A program made the translations under genes and the position numbers. 64,000 nucleotides of DNA from Candidatus Poriferihabitaceae bacterium (GTDB lineage: Bacteria > Pseudomonadota > Gammaproteobacteria > Arenicellales > Poriferihabitantaceae), in assembly GCA_965237995.1 (NCBI GenBank), contig CBDEGO010000004.1, forward strand, positions 451,780 through 515,779. Direction: 5' to 3'. Below the pieces are notes generated by a model. That model did no database searches. It was not told the origin of the DNA and saw only the letters and a list, made by a program, of their open reading frames with translations. This document shows, in pieces, positions 16,234 to 25,098 of the stretch (its first letter is position 1; every line of letters starts with the position of its first letter).

Positions 16234-17250
16234 TTAGCTAATTAAACCTTGTTCTTTGTACCATTTGGCCGTTTCAGCCAAGCCTGATTCATTATCATGA
16301 ATGAATTCGTAGTCTAACAAGTTCCGTACTTTGGAATTATCGAATTGACGATCTTTTGTGTAAAACCCAACACGGCGCCGATAAATCGGGGGTTGAATGC
16401 CTAAGGGAGTGCAGATGGCTTTGGAAATATCGGCCGCTAGGAAAAATGGCCAAATAGGCAAGCGAATGGTGCGCGGTGTTTTACCGATTGCACGACCAAT
16501 AGACTTGCCCATTTCTATGATTGAAATAGGCTCATCAGCAGCTGCGATAAACACTTCAGACGCCGCTTTGTCGGAGGTCGCAGCAAGCATGAATACGTTC
16601 ACCAAATCCTCGACATGCACTAAGTGATACATACCTTTGCCACCACCTAACATTAGGGTAAAGCCGCGATCAGCCATCTTGAAGAACTTGAGTAAGCGCC
16701 CGTCGCCCGGCCCATAAATCGGCGTGGGCCGCACAATACTATAAGGGAATTGATGCTCAGCAGCATATTCAGCCAGCCATTGCTCGCCTTCTAGCTTGGT
16801 GCGTTGGTATCCATCTCCCGGTGCAAAGCGGTATTCTTCGTCAGCGCGGTCGATTTCAATATGACCATGCACGCCGACGGTAGATACATGCAAAAAGCGC
16901 TTAAACCCTTCGCGGCCAGTAAGATGTTTGGCTAAAATTTGCGTGCTGTAAACGTGGACTTTTCGGTAGTCTTCGTCGGTGGCTTTTTCTTCATTAAAAG
17001 CCGCAGCGACATGGAAAACATAGCTTACGCCTTCAGCAGCTTCAATCAGTACTTTTTCGTCAAAAACTTCGCCGCGTATCCAGGTTATATCGAGATCATT
17101 TAAGCCACTTATATTGGACGATTCACGCGCCACGCAGCGCAAATTAGCCCCTGCACCAGCGAGTTGTCGACACAGCGTTTGGCCCGTGAAGCCAGTTGCA
17201 CCGGTCACTAAGATGGTTTCGCCTTTAAATTTTTGAAGCACGTCTTGCAC
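16234..17250 (-). CDS. NAD-dependent epimerase/dehydratase (extended SDR)
   Basis: Rossmann motif VTGATGFTG at the N-terminus. The catalytic motif YxxxK appears as YQRTK. 338 aa. Confidence 0.85.
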   Translation of the reverse strand: MQDVLQKFKGETILVTGATGFTGQTLCRQLAGAGANLRCVARESSNISGLNDLDITWIRGEVFDEKVLIEAAEGVSYVFHVAAAFNEEKATDEDYRKVHVYSTQILAKHLTGREGFKRFLHVSTVGVHGHIEIDRADEEYRFAPGDGYQRTKLEGEQWLAEYAAEHQFPYSIVRPTPIYGPGDGRLLKFFKMADRGFTLMLGGGKGMYHLVHVEDLVNVFMLAATSDKAASEVFIAAADEPISIIEMGKSIGRAIGKTPRTIRLPIWPFFLAADISKAICTPLGIQPPIYRRRVGFYTKDRQFDNSKVRNLLDYEFIHDNESGLAETAKWYKEQGLIS

Positions 17251-17401
17251 GCGGATTGTTCCCGTATCTAAAAAACACGCGGATTCTACACTAATCAGTG
17301 CAGACGCCCCAGCCTTAAAAGCACCTTAAGAACGTATTAACGAGCCTAATAAACATCAATTCGCCACCTAAGGCGAGCCAGTTATTAGTTACAATCTTGC
17401 G

Positions 17402-18280
17402 GTGCATTATTTATACAAACTATGGCAAGGCAGCGGGCCGTTACATAAAACCTTCTGGCTATACTCAACGGCATCATACTGCGTGATTGTGTTTGGCGGC
17501 TATTATTGCGTAAGCCGTTTGATCCATGAAAGCACTTATCACTGGAGCATTGTGGCTTACTTGTCGTTTTGCCTATTATTTTTCTTGTTTTTGTTCGTAG
17601 GTCTAGTGAGGTCTGCAGGCCGACATATCCAACGGGGTGGCAATGTGCAGTTGGCCTCTATCTATCAAGCGCTAGGACTGTTGGGAGGTTTAGGGATATT
17701 CTACCTTGGTTTAGACGCGATACAATTGGGCACCGATGATTACACACCGCTAAAGCGACCATTTGACGCGAGTGAACGGGCAAGCTACCAATATCAGCTC
17801 AGCGAAAACCAACAAACATTACACTTGAGTGGTCTGCTTAATCTAGGTGCCACCAAAGCGTTTAAAGCTCTGCTCAAGCAGCATACCGACATTTCAACGC
17901 TTAGTTTAGCCAGCGAAGGAGGGCATATTTATGCAGCCAGAGGGGTCGCTAAAGTTGTAGCCGACAATAAGCTGAATACACATGTACCAAGCCATTGCGC
18001 GTCGGCCTGTGTGGTGGTGTTTGCTGCAGGCGTTAAACGTACGCTCGGCCCAAATGCTAAATTGGGGTTTCATCAATACGCTTTTGATACGCATAAAAGC
18101 CTGCCGTTTAATTTACAAGATGAGCAACAAAAAGAACTTGATTTCTATTTGGCTAGAGGTGTATCACCAAACTTTGTAGATAAAGTATTTTCGGTTCCCG
18201 CCTCTCAACTGTGGCAACCTGAGCACGATGAATTGTTACAATCTGGCTTAGTACATGAAATCATACCCACCTCAAATTAA
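17402..18280 (+). CDS. Membrane-anchored hypothetical protein (ClpP/crotonase-like periplasmic domain, COG3904-like)
   Basis: GTG start. Three or four N-terminal TM segments. The C-terminal domain with SEGGHIYAARGVA...CASACVVVFAAG resembles the predicted periplasmic ClpP-fold proteins. Confidence 0.45.
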   Translation: MHYLYKLWQGSGPLHKTFWLYSTASYCVIVFGGYYCVSRLIHESTYHWSIVAYLSFCLLFFLFLFVGLVRSAGRHIQRGGNVQLASIYQALGLLGGLGIFYLGLDAIQLGTDDYTPLKRPFDASERASYQYQLSENQQTLHLSGLLNLGATKAFKALLKQHTDISTLSLASEGGHIYAARGVAKVVADNKLNTHVPSHCASACVVVFAAGVKRTLGPNAKLGFHQYAFDTHKSLPFNLQDEQQKELDFYLARGVSPNFVDKVFSVPASQLWQPEHDELLQSGLVHEIIPTSN

Positions 18281-18292
18281 TTTTAACGTCGA

Positions 18293-18892
18293 TTGATCTA
18301 CCCAGACTTCAGCGGTTTAGTTTTTGACCATACTCAACACCCTTCAATTGAATACCCGGAAGGTGATGTGTGGTTATTTGGCTATGGTTCACTGATGTGG
18401 CGACCCGAATTCGACTATTTAGAATCGGTGTCAGCGCGTCTATATGGCTATCATCGCGCATTTTGTTTATGGTCTATCGAATATCGCGGCGACGTGACTC
18501 AGCCGGGTTTGGTGCTGGGCTTAGACACAGGAGGGTCTTGTGCAGGCCGCGCATTTAAGATTTGTGCTTCAAAAATTGAGCAAATCATTCCCCTGTTGAA
18601 TCGCCGCGAAATGATAACTGGCGCGTATCGCTCCATCACAAAGCCATTGTACTTAGACAATGGTAACTGCGTGAAGGGCGTATCATTAGTGGCAAGGCAT
18701 GGCCACCCTCAATATGTTACACCGCCGCTCACTGCAGACCAAACAGTCGAGATAGTTTTAAAGGCCAATGGCAAAATGGGGCCTAATATTGATTACGTTC
18801 GCAATACCATTACCCACCTACGAGACTTAGGCATTCGAGATGCAGGGATGGAGCGCCTAGCTACAATTTTGCCAACAGAAGATAATGGATAG
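18293..18892 (+). CDS. chaC: ChaC family gamma-glutamylcyclotransferase
   Basis: The hallmark motif WLFGYGSLMWRP is present. 199 aa. The start is a TTG, so the start call is uncertain. Confidence 0.8.
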   Translation: MIYPDFSGLVFDHTQHPSIEYPEGDVWLFGYGSLMWRPEFDYLESVSARLYGYHRAFCLWSIEYRGDVTQPGLVLGLDTGGSCAGRAFKICASKIEQIIPLLNRREMITGAYRSITKPLYLDNGNCVKGVSLVARHGHPQYVTPPLTADQTVEIVLKANGKMGPNIDYVRNTITHLRDLGIRDAGMERLATILPTEDNG

Positions 18893-19931
18893 CCTAAGTC
18901 AAATAGCGCTCGGTAGTTCAGTCGCCTATCTTGTAGGGGGGAGACAAGCACCACGGTTATCACTATTAGCAGGGGCTGTCGTTGGCACCCTACCCGACTT
19001 GGATATCATCGTACAATACGCCGATCCATTGACCAGCACGATCGCGCATCGTACTTGGTCACATTCATGGTTAGCACAAACCGCTGTATCACCATTGCTC
19101 GCTTATGCAGCGAGTATTTACCTCCCAACGCTAAGTTTCAAACGGTGGTGGTTGCTTATTTGGCTGTGCTTAATTACCCACAGTTTACTTGACTGTTTTA
19201 CCATTTACGGCACAGGTGTCTTTTGGCCATTTTCTAGTCAAACAATCATGTGGGGTTCGATATTTATCATCGACCCAGCCTACACTTTGCCCTTGCTAAT
19301 AGGCGTGATAGTGGCTTGGCGGAATCAAACGAATCGCTCTGCTACTCTATGGGTGATGGGCGGCTTGCTAGCAAGCTCGATGTACTTAGCTTGGGGGCTG
19401 TTCGCTCAACAGATGATCAGTGAACGCATGCGCGCGCAACTTGACAAACAAGCAATTTTATCCACTCGCTTTTTTGTCACTCCTACCCCATTTAATTCGT
19501 TACTGTGGCGTGTCGTTGCGATCGACGAGCAGCACTACTACGAAGGGGTCGCTTCTGTGTTTGACGCCGACCCCTCAATTTCTCTCGATCCTTTCCCTAG
19601 GGCACTGCAATCGGTAGATGGATTGGAAAAACTTGAAAAGTTTACTGAATATCAACGATTCACTCATGGCTTTTATGCGCTGGAGAACCAACAAGGTGCA
19701 TTGGTTGTGAAGGATTTGCGCATGGGAATCACTCCATTTTTAATGTTTCAGTTTGAATTTGCACAGGCAATAAGTGGGCGCGCTATTGCTGTGCCTCCGT
19801 CTGTTGCATCGCCCAAGCTCGTTCCGCTATCCGAACTGAAAAAGGCATTTGCTTATATATTGAAACGAGTGTTTAACCAAGCAGAACAAATGCCCGCACT
19901 TCAATTGCCTCCTACGAACAATGCTTCTTGA
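18885..19931 (+). CDS. Membrane-bound metal-dependent hydrolase (YdjM/YbcI, DUF457-like)
   Basis: The N-terminus MDSLSQIALGSSVAYL, His-rich TM loops (HRTWSHSW, THSLLD) and an 8-nt overlap with chaC support the call. Confidence 0.6.
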   Translation: MDSLSQIALGSSVAYLVGGRQAPRLSLLAGAVVGTLPDLDIIVQYADPLTSTIAHRTWSHSWLAQTAVSPLLAYAASIYLPTLSFKRWWLLIWLCLITHSLLDCFTIYGTGVFWPFSSQTIMWGSIFIIDPAYTLPLLIGVIVAWRNQTNRSATLWVMGGLLASSMYLAWGLFAQQMISERMRAQLDKQAILSTRFFVTPTPFNSLLWRVVAIDEQHYYEGVASVFDADPSISLDPFPRALQSVDGLEKLEKFTEYQRFTHGFYALENQQGALVVKDLRMGITPFLMFQFEFAQAISGRAIAVPPSVASPKLVPLSELKKAFAYILKRVFNQAEQMPALQLPPTNNAS

Positions 19932-19955
19932 TCTTGCGTTACAGGTGAACTCTTT

Positions 19956-21833
19956 ATGGCTATGAAGAGGTTAAGGCTAATACGCATTTTCTCGGCAGCA
20001 AGCTTTTTGTTACTGAGTCTACCGGCCTTTGCGAATAACAACGCGGATGCTTCATTGGCGAGACATTGGAACGAAACCTTATTAGAGGCCATTCGATCCG
20101 ATACCGCTAGGCCAACGGTGCATGCCAGAAATTTGTTTCATCTATCTGCTGCTATGTGGGACGCGTGGGCTGCTTACGAAGAAACAGCGAGCCAGGTTTT
20201 TCATCAGGAAAAGGTAACAATCGAGCCAGCGATGAATGTTGATCGCCTCAGAGCGATTACGCTTAGTCAAGCAGCCCACACTTTACTTAGTTCACGTTTT
20301 GTTAGTTCGCCGAATGCCTTAAAAATTCAAGCAGAAATTGATACCGCCTTAGTTATGGCGCGCAAACACTATATCGCCGACAATGCTGATGCGCAGACAG
20401 CACTAGATTTGGGTGATCGTATCGCGCGAACCATCATAAAACATGGGCTATCGGATGGCTCAAATGAGGCCTTTGATTATCAATCACTCAGCTATCAACC
20501 ACTAAACGAAGCGTTAAGACCTGATCAGCGAGGTAACCCTTTATTGGTCGATGCAGACCGTTGGCAGCCGCTTGAATTAGTAGGTTTTGTGGGCCAATCT
20601 GGCATCCCTTCGTCTGGGTACCCACCTTTTGTTGGGCCAGAATGGGGAAGTGTGCAACCCTTTTCTTTATTGCCAGAAGATCGTATTTTAAAACGCCGCA
20701 ATGGGGTTCGCTATTCGGTCTATTTTGACGCAGGGCCGCCGCCAAGTTTAACAGGCACTGAAAACGAAAGAGTGCAGTACCAGCAAGGGTTCAAAGAAGT
20801 GCTGCTCTATAGTGCGCAGCTCGACGCCAATAACGATAAACAGATCAATATTAGTCCCGCAGTGCGGGGCAATAACCCCTTAGGCACTAATGAGGGGGAG
20901 GGTTACACTATAAACCCCGTTACGGGGCGACCTTACGCACCTACACTCGCAAATGCGGCAGATTTTTATCGCGTGCTGGCCGAATTTTGGGCGGATGGCC
21001 CAGATTCGGAAACCCCACCGGGGCATTGGTTTGTGATGTTTAATTTGGTCTCTGACCAAGCTTCGATTGTGGCGCGTTTGGGAGGTCAATACAAAGCCAA
21101 GACACGCTTACAATGGGACTTGCAAGGCTATTTAGCACTGGGCGGAGCCATGCATGATGCAGCGATTGCTGCCTGGAGCCATAAGGGTTGGTATGATTTT
21201 ATTCGTCCCATTTCAGCAATTCGCTATTTGTGTAAATTGGGCCAAAGTACAGACTCTTCATTGCCGAATTATCACCCGCTTGGTATGCCATTACAGACGG
21301 GGTTAGTAGAACTGACCACTAACAGCTCACTTGAATCGGGCAATCGTCACCATCATTTAGCAGAGCAAGGCGTCAAGGAAAATGAGCTGGTGGTTAAAAC
21401 ATGGCGTGGTGCAAGCTACGTAGAAAACCGCAGGCAAGATGTGGCGGGAGTCGGGTGGATCGCCTGTGGAGATTGGTGGCCCTACCAGCGGCCCAACTTT
21501 GTTACTCCGCCGTTTGCAGGTTACGTATCTGGCCACAGTACATTTAGCCGTGCAGCGGCTGAAATTTTAACTTTGCTGACAGAATCGGCTTATTTTCCGG
21601 GTGGCTTGGGCATATTTACCATCAGGCAAAATAAGTTTCTAGTGTTTGAGCGCGGCCCTTCGCAAGACGTAAAACTGCAATGGGCAACCTATCAAGATGC
21701 TGCAGATGATTCCGCCATTTCAAGAATTTATGGAGGCATTCATCCACGGATAGATGATATTCCAGGGCGACTGATTGGGTATAAAGTAGGACATCGCGCC
21801 TACAAAAAAGCGCTAAGCTATTTTCCGAAGTAA
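19956..21833 (+). CDS. Exported PAP2-superfamily / vanadium-dependent haloperoxidase-like protein
   Basis: Signal peptide ...LLSLPAFANN. The three PAP2/VHPO motifs are present: K-x6-RP (HKGWYDFIRP), SGH (YVSGHSTFS) and SR-x5-H-x3-D (SRIYGGIHPRIDD). Confidence 0.7.
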   Translation: MAMKRLRLIRIFSAASFLLLSLPAFANNNADASLARHWNETLLEAIRSDTARPTVHARNLFHLSAAMWDAWAAYEETASQVFHQEKVTIEPAMNVDRLRAITLSQAAHTLLSSRFVSSPNALKIQAEIDTALVMARKHYIADNADAQTALDLGDRIARTIIKHGLSDGSNEAFDYQSLSYQPLNEALRPDQRGNPLLVDADRWQPLELVGFVGQSGIPSSGYPPFVGPEWGSVQPFSLLPEDRILKRRNGVRYSVYFDAGPPPSLTGTENERVQYQQGFKEVLLYSAQLDANNDKQINISPAVRGNNPLGTNEGEGYTINPVTGRPYAPTLANAADFYRVLAEFWADGPDSETPPGHWFVMFNLVSDQASIVARLGGQYKAKTRLQWDLQGYLALGGAMHDAAIAAWSHKGWYDFIRPISAIRYLCKLGQSTDSSLPNYHPLGMPLQTGLVELTTNSSLESGNRHHHLAEQGVKENELVVKTWRGASYVENRRQDVAGVGWIACGDWWPYQRPNFVTPPFAGYVSGHSTFSRAAAEILTLLTESAYFPGGLGIFTIRQNKFLVFERGPSQDVKLQWATYQDAADDSAISRIYGGIHPRIDDIPGRLIGYKVGHRAYKKALSYFPK

Positions 21834-21835
21834 GC

Positions 21836-22180
21836 TTAGAAAAATAACAGTGGCAGTAAGCCAATTAGACAACCGATAATAATGCCGATGGTCTCAGCGG
21901 CTACAGTTTGAGTGCGTGACAAGTCGCCATCCACAACAGGGGGTAATTTTAAATGGACAAGTTTTTCAACCCAGCGCCCAGATAAAATACCGATTGCATC
22001 AGAAAAAGTATTGCCAAGCCCAGCCGCAAGTAGCGTATTAGAAACTCCCATAGAGCGAAAAAAGCTGTCAATTTGCTCCCCAAACATAATCATCAAAAAA
22101 TTATCGATGAAACCAAACACAATGAACGCAGTGGCAATCGAAATAACTCGATTGAAAGTGGTTCTATGTTGGGGAGACAT
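21836..22180 (-). CDS. Small 3-TM membrane protein (TMEM65/DUF-type, hypothetical)
   Basis: 114 aa with a Gly-rich TM segment, LLAAGLGNTFSDAIGILSG. It starts 19 nt downstream of the ribH2-like gene on the same strand. Confidence 0.5.
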   Translation of the reverse strand: MSPQHRTTFNRVISIATAFIVFGFIDNFLMIMFGEQIDSFFRSMGVSNTLLAAGLGNTFSDAIGILSGRWVEKLVHLKLPPVVDGDLSRTQTVAAETIGIIIGCLIGLLPLLFF

Positions 22181-22199
22181 AATAGTTTACCAGTGGAGC

Positions 22200-22694
22200 T
22201 TAACTAACCTGGCTCAAGCGCGGTTCACGTAGCGCACATAAATTCTCTAGCACCTGAATACTTGAGCGCGCAGCTTCTTTGCCTTTGTTTAGAAAATGAG
22301 CGAAGAAAAAATCGTGATGTTCAGATGCTTGTGAGAAAAGATGCGGCGTTAATACCACGGACATAATCGGTATTTCAGCATCAAGTTGTACACGCATCAT
22401 CGCATCTAACACCGTGGAAGCGACGAAATCGTGGCGATAAATATCACCATCGACAATCAATCCAGCTGCGACAATTAACTGATAACGCTGCGTAGCTGCG
22501 AGTAACTTGCACTGTAGCGGAATTTCTAAACTGCCCGGCACTTGGATGACATCAATAAGTGAGTGGTCAATACCAGCTTCTTGCATTTCGGCATTAAAGC
22601 CGAGCCGTGCTTGCTCAACGATGTCGTGATGCCACAAGGCTTCTACGTAGGCAATACGTTTGGCGGGTTCTAATAATGGATTCGATTGGTTCAT
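22200..22694 (-). CDS. ribH: 6,7-dimethyl-8-ribityllumazine synthase, type II (RibH2-like)
   Basis: VPGSLEIPL, IVAAGLIVDG and VVLTPHLFSQASEHHDFFFAHFLNKGKEAA match the lumazine synthase fold with the RibH2-type C-terminus. I preferred the ATG at 22694 over the GTG at 22760. Confidence 0.8.
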   Translation of the reverse strand: MNQSNPLLEPAKRIAYVEALWHHDIVEQARLGFNAEMQEAGIDHSLIDVIQVPGSLEIPLQCKLLAATQRYQLIVAAGLIVDGDIYRHDFVASTVLDAMMRVQLDAEIPIMSVVLTPHLFSQASEHHDFFFAHFLNKGKEAARSSIQVLENLCALREPRLSQVS

Positions 22695-22785
22695 TTTTTT
22701 AAATAGTAAGTGAAACACAATCGGGACACGCGGCCGTTCTTTTGCAACAGCTTCAGACACACAGCCATTACAAACAGAAACAAAC

Positions 22786-22931
22786 CATCTCTTTCGTCCG
22801 GACTATACCGTCGGCTTCGGATTCACACCGAATCTGCTGACCTTTCTTCATGAAGAAAGCGCTCGCGGGCTGAGACTTAATGATTAATAAGCCATTACCG
22901 CCGGTGGGGAATTACACCCCGCCCCGAGATG
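22786..22931 (-). ncRNA. FMN riboswitch (RFN element)
   Basis: The minus strand reads CATCTCGGGGCGGGGTGTAATTCCCCACCGGCGGTAA...AGCCCGCGAGCGC...GGTCAGCAGATTCGGTGTGAATCCGAAGCCGACGGTATAGTCCGGACGAAAGAGATG. All conserved RFN blocks are present. P1 is formed by CATCTC/GAGATG. Confidence 0.92.
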
Positions 22932-22954
22932 AATGTGGCTATCGCCACGCGGTT

Positions 22955-22982
22955 ATTATACTCAAAACCTCTTAGGGTTAAA
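22955..22982 (-). promoter_or_regulatory. Candidate promoter for the FMN riboswitch-ribH2 transcript
   Basis: On the minus strand, TTTAAC (22982-22977), a 16-nt spacer, then TATAAT (22960-22955). The -10 element ends about 24 nt upstream of P1. Confidence 0.4.
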
Positions 22983-23112
22983 GCACGAGAGCTACGATAA
23001 TCTAAAGCATAATTTGCCACGCTACCAAGTGTTGTTTAAGAAATTTGGTTTTGCGTTGCAATCGGAGTCATAATACGCAGGTTAATAACCCTTGTTCATC
23101 CATCAGTTTATG

Positions 23113-24234
23113 AGAATCGAAGAAGACAATAAACTCGATTACAACAGCGTACTCATTCGTCCCAAACGCAGCACCTTGGGTAGCCGAAAAGAAGTGGACC
23201 TATATCGTGAGTTTAGCTTTAGAAACGTTAACCTTGACCCAGATAGTACGCACTATAACGGAGTCCCTTTAATGGCCGCGAACATGGATGGAGTGGGCAC
23301 CTTCGAGATGGCGGATGCACTCAGTGAGCATGGACTATTTACTTGTTTAGTAAAAAATTACCCCGCAGACGCACTCATTACCTATTTTGATAAAAAGAAT
23401 ACGCAGCGCAGAGAAAACGTGGCCTACTCAATGGGCATCGCTAAAGCTGATATGGAGAAATTTAGACAAGTTTATGAAGCTAACAGTACCCAACTAAAAT
23501 ATGTCTGTGTCGACGTGGCGAATGGTTATTCTGAACGATTTTCTGATTTCATCAAACAACTTAGAGAGACTTGCCTAGATATCGTCATTATCGCAGGTAA
23601 TGTAGTCACGGGAGAGATGACTGAAGAACTTATTCTAAGTGGGGCAGACATCGTCAAAGTTGGTATCGGGCCAGGTAGCGTATGCACCACACGGATTCAG
23701 ACCGGCGTAGGTTTTCCGCAGCTTTCTGCCGTTATCGAATGCGCCGACGCAGCCCATGGCTTAGGCGGCCATGTGATAGCCGACGGCGGTTGTACCTGTC
23801 CGGGCGATGTTGCTAAAGCATTTGCGGCAGGAGCCGACTTTGTGATGTTAGGGGGTATGCTCGCAGGCCATGACGAAGGCGGCGGAGAAGTCATCGCTAA
23901 ATATTACAAGACAGGCGAAGTACAAAAAACCAAAGACGGCTGGCAAGATAGCGTTGAAGAGCGTAAATTTGTACAGTTTTATGGCATGAGTTCACAAGCC
24001 GCCAATGATAAGCACTTTGGAGGCTTAAAGGAATATCGCTCGTCTGAAGGGCGTGAAGTATTAGTGCCGTATCGCGGTGAAGTTGATGTGACGGTAATGG
24101 ATATACTAGGTGGGATACGCAGCACGTGCACCTATGCAGGCGCTAAGAAGCTGAAATGGCTAAGTAAATGTACGACTTTTGTTAAAACAGCTCAGCAATT
24201 TAATGCCATCTTTGCAGGTTCCGATAAGAGTTAG
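23113..24234 (+). CDS. guaC: GMP reductase
   Basis: [23 protein letters not shown] and [11 protein letters not shown]...[22 protein letters not shown] are near-identical to the enterobacterial GuaC I recall. There is an insertion of about 18 aa before FYGMSS. I chose the start at MRIEE. Confidence 0.9.
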   Translation, partial: RIEEDNKLDYNSVLIRPKRSTLGSRKEVDLYREFSFRNVNLDPDSTHYNGVPLMAANMDGVGTFEMADALSEHGLFTCLVKNYPADALITYFDKKNTQRRENVAYSMGIAKADMEKFRQVYEANSTQLKYVCVDVANGYSERFSDFIKQLRETCLDIVIIAGNVVTGEMTEELILSGADIVKVGIGPGSVCTTRIQTGVGFPQLSAVIECADAAHGLGGHVIADGGCTCPGDVAKAFAAGADFVMLGGMLAGHDEGGGEVIAKYYKTGEVQKTKDGWQDSVEERKFVQFYGMSSQAANDKHFGGLKEYRSSEGREVLVPYRGEVDVTVMDILGGIRSTCTYAGAKKLKWLSKCTTFVKTAQQFNAIFAGSDKS

Positions 24235-24396
24235 ACAAAAATCAAAAGCCACGAATGTATCCATAAATTAATGATCATTAACAATAATGAAGCCAAGTTG
24301 CAGTAACAAATTGTTATGAATATGTGATTCATTGATTTTCTAAGCCCGTCATAATGACTCGTACTAAACTATATAAAAAAGCACCACCAAAGGCCT

Positions 24397-25098
24397 ATGA
24401 AGAATAAAGTTTTAGTTATAGAGGATGACCCAGACATTTCGAATTTGTTACAAATGCACCTTCGCGATGCCGATTTTGAGGTTAAGCATACCAATGCAGG
24501 CGATAAGGGTGTATTGTTTTATAAGGCATGGAAACCTGATCTAATTATCCTGGACATCATGTTGCCGGGCATGGATGGTTTAAGTGTTTGTCGCGAGATT
24601 CGCAAGCAAAGCGAATCGGTTTCAATCCTAATACTAACGGCTAAATCAACAGAATTAGACCGTGTATTGGGTTTGGAGATGGGCGCAGACGACTATTTGA
24701 CTAAACCATTTAGCCTAGCCGAATTAATGGCTAGAGTGAAAGCGCTTTTTCGCAGAACTAAAGCGCTATCCCAATTTAACGAAGACACCGCCCCGCCCTC
24801 CATACTAGACCGAGGGCGTCTGCAAGTCGACTCGGAAAAACACATTGCATCTATTGATAACAAAGTGGTTGAGTTGACCGCGCGTGAGTTCAACCTGCTA
24901 TGGTTTTTAGCTCAATACCCAGGTCGAGTCTACACCCGCGCACAACTGCTAGATGCTGTTTGGGGTTACGACCATGATGGCTATGAGCATACTGTCAACA
25001 CACACATTAATCGGTTACGAATTAAGATAGAAAAGGACGCGGCTAAGCCGGAATTTGTGCAAACAGTTTGGGGTGTAGGTTATAAGTTCGCTGAATGA
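24397..25098 (+). CDS. OmpR-family response regulator
   Basis: Receiver domain (VLVIEDD, LIILDIMLPGMDG, LTAKS) followed by a winged-helix domain (RVYTRAQLLDAVWG...VWGVGYKF). Confidence 0.9.
   Translation: MKNKVLVIEDDPDISNLLQMHLRDADFEVKHTNAGDKGVLFYKAWKPDLIILDIMLPGMDGLSVCREIRKQSESVSILILTAKSTELDRVLGLEMGADDYLTKPFSLAELMARVKALFRRTKALSQFNEDTAPPSILDRGRLQVDSEKHIASIDNKVVELTAREFNLLWFLAQYPGRVYTRAQLLDAVWGYDHDGYEHTVNTHINRLRIKIEKDAAKPEFVQTVWGVGYKFAE

Noticed and set aside
22695-22760. GTG start at 22760 adding 22 residues to the RibH2-like protein
   Set aside because: The extension is not part of the lumazine synthase fold, and it would place the start only about 25 nt from the riboswitch P1. The ATG at 22694 gives a RibH2-sized protein. 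Neither start has a strong Shine-Dalgarno sequence, so this is not certain.
23800-23960. The roughly 18-aa insertion in GuaC ([23 protein letters not shown]) as a possible foreign element or intein
   Set aside because: It is short, in frame and hydrophilic, and looks like a surface loop. It has no intein or mobile-element signatures, so it is most likely lineage-specific loop variation.
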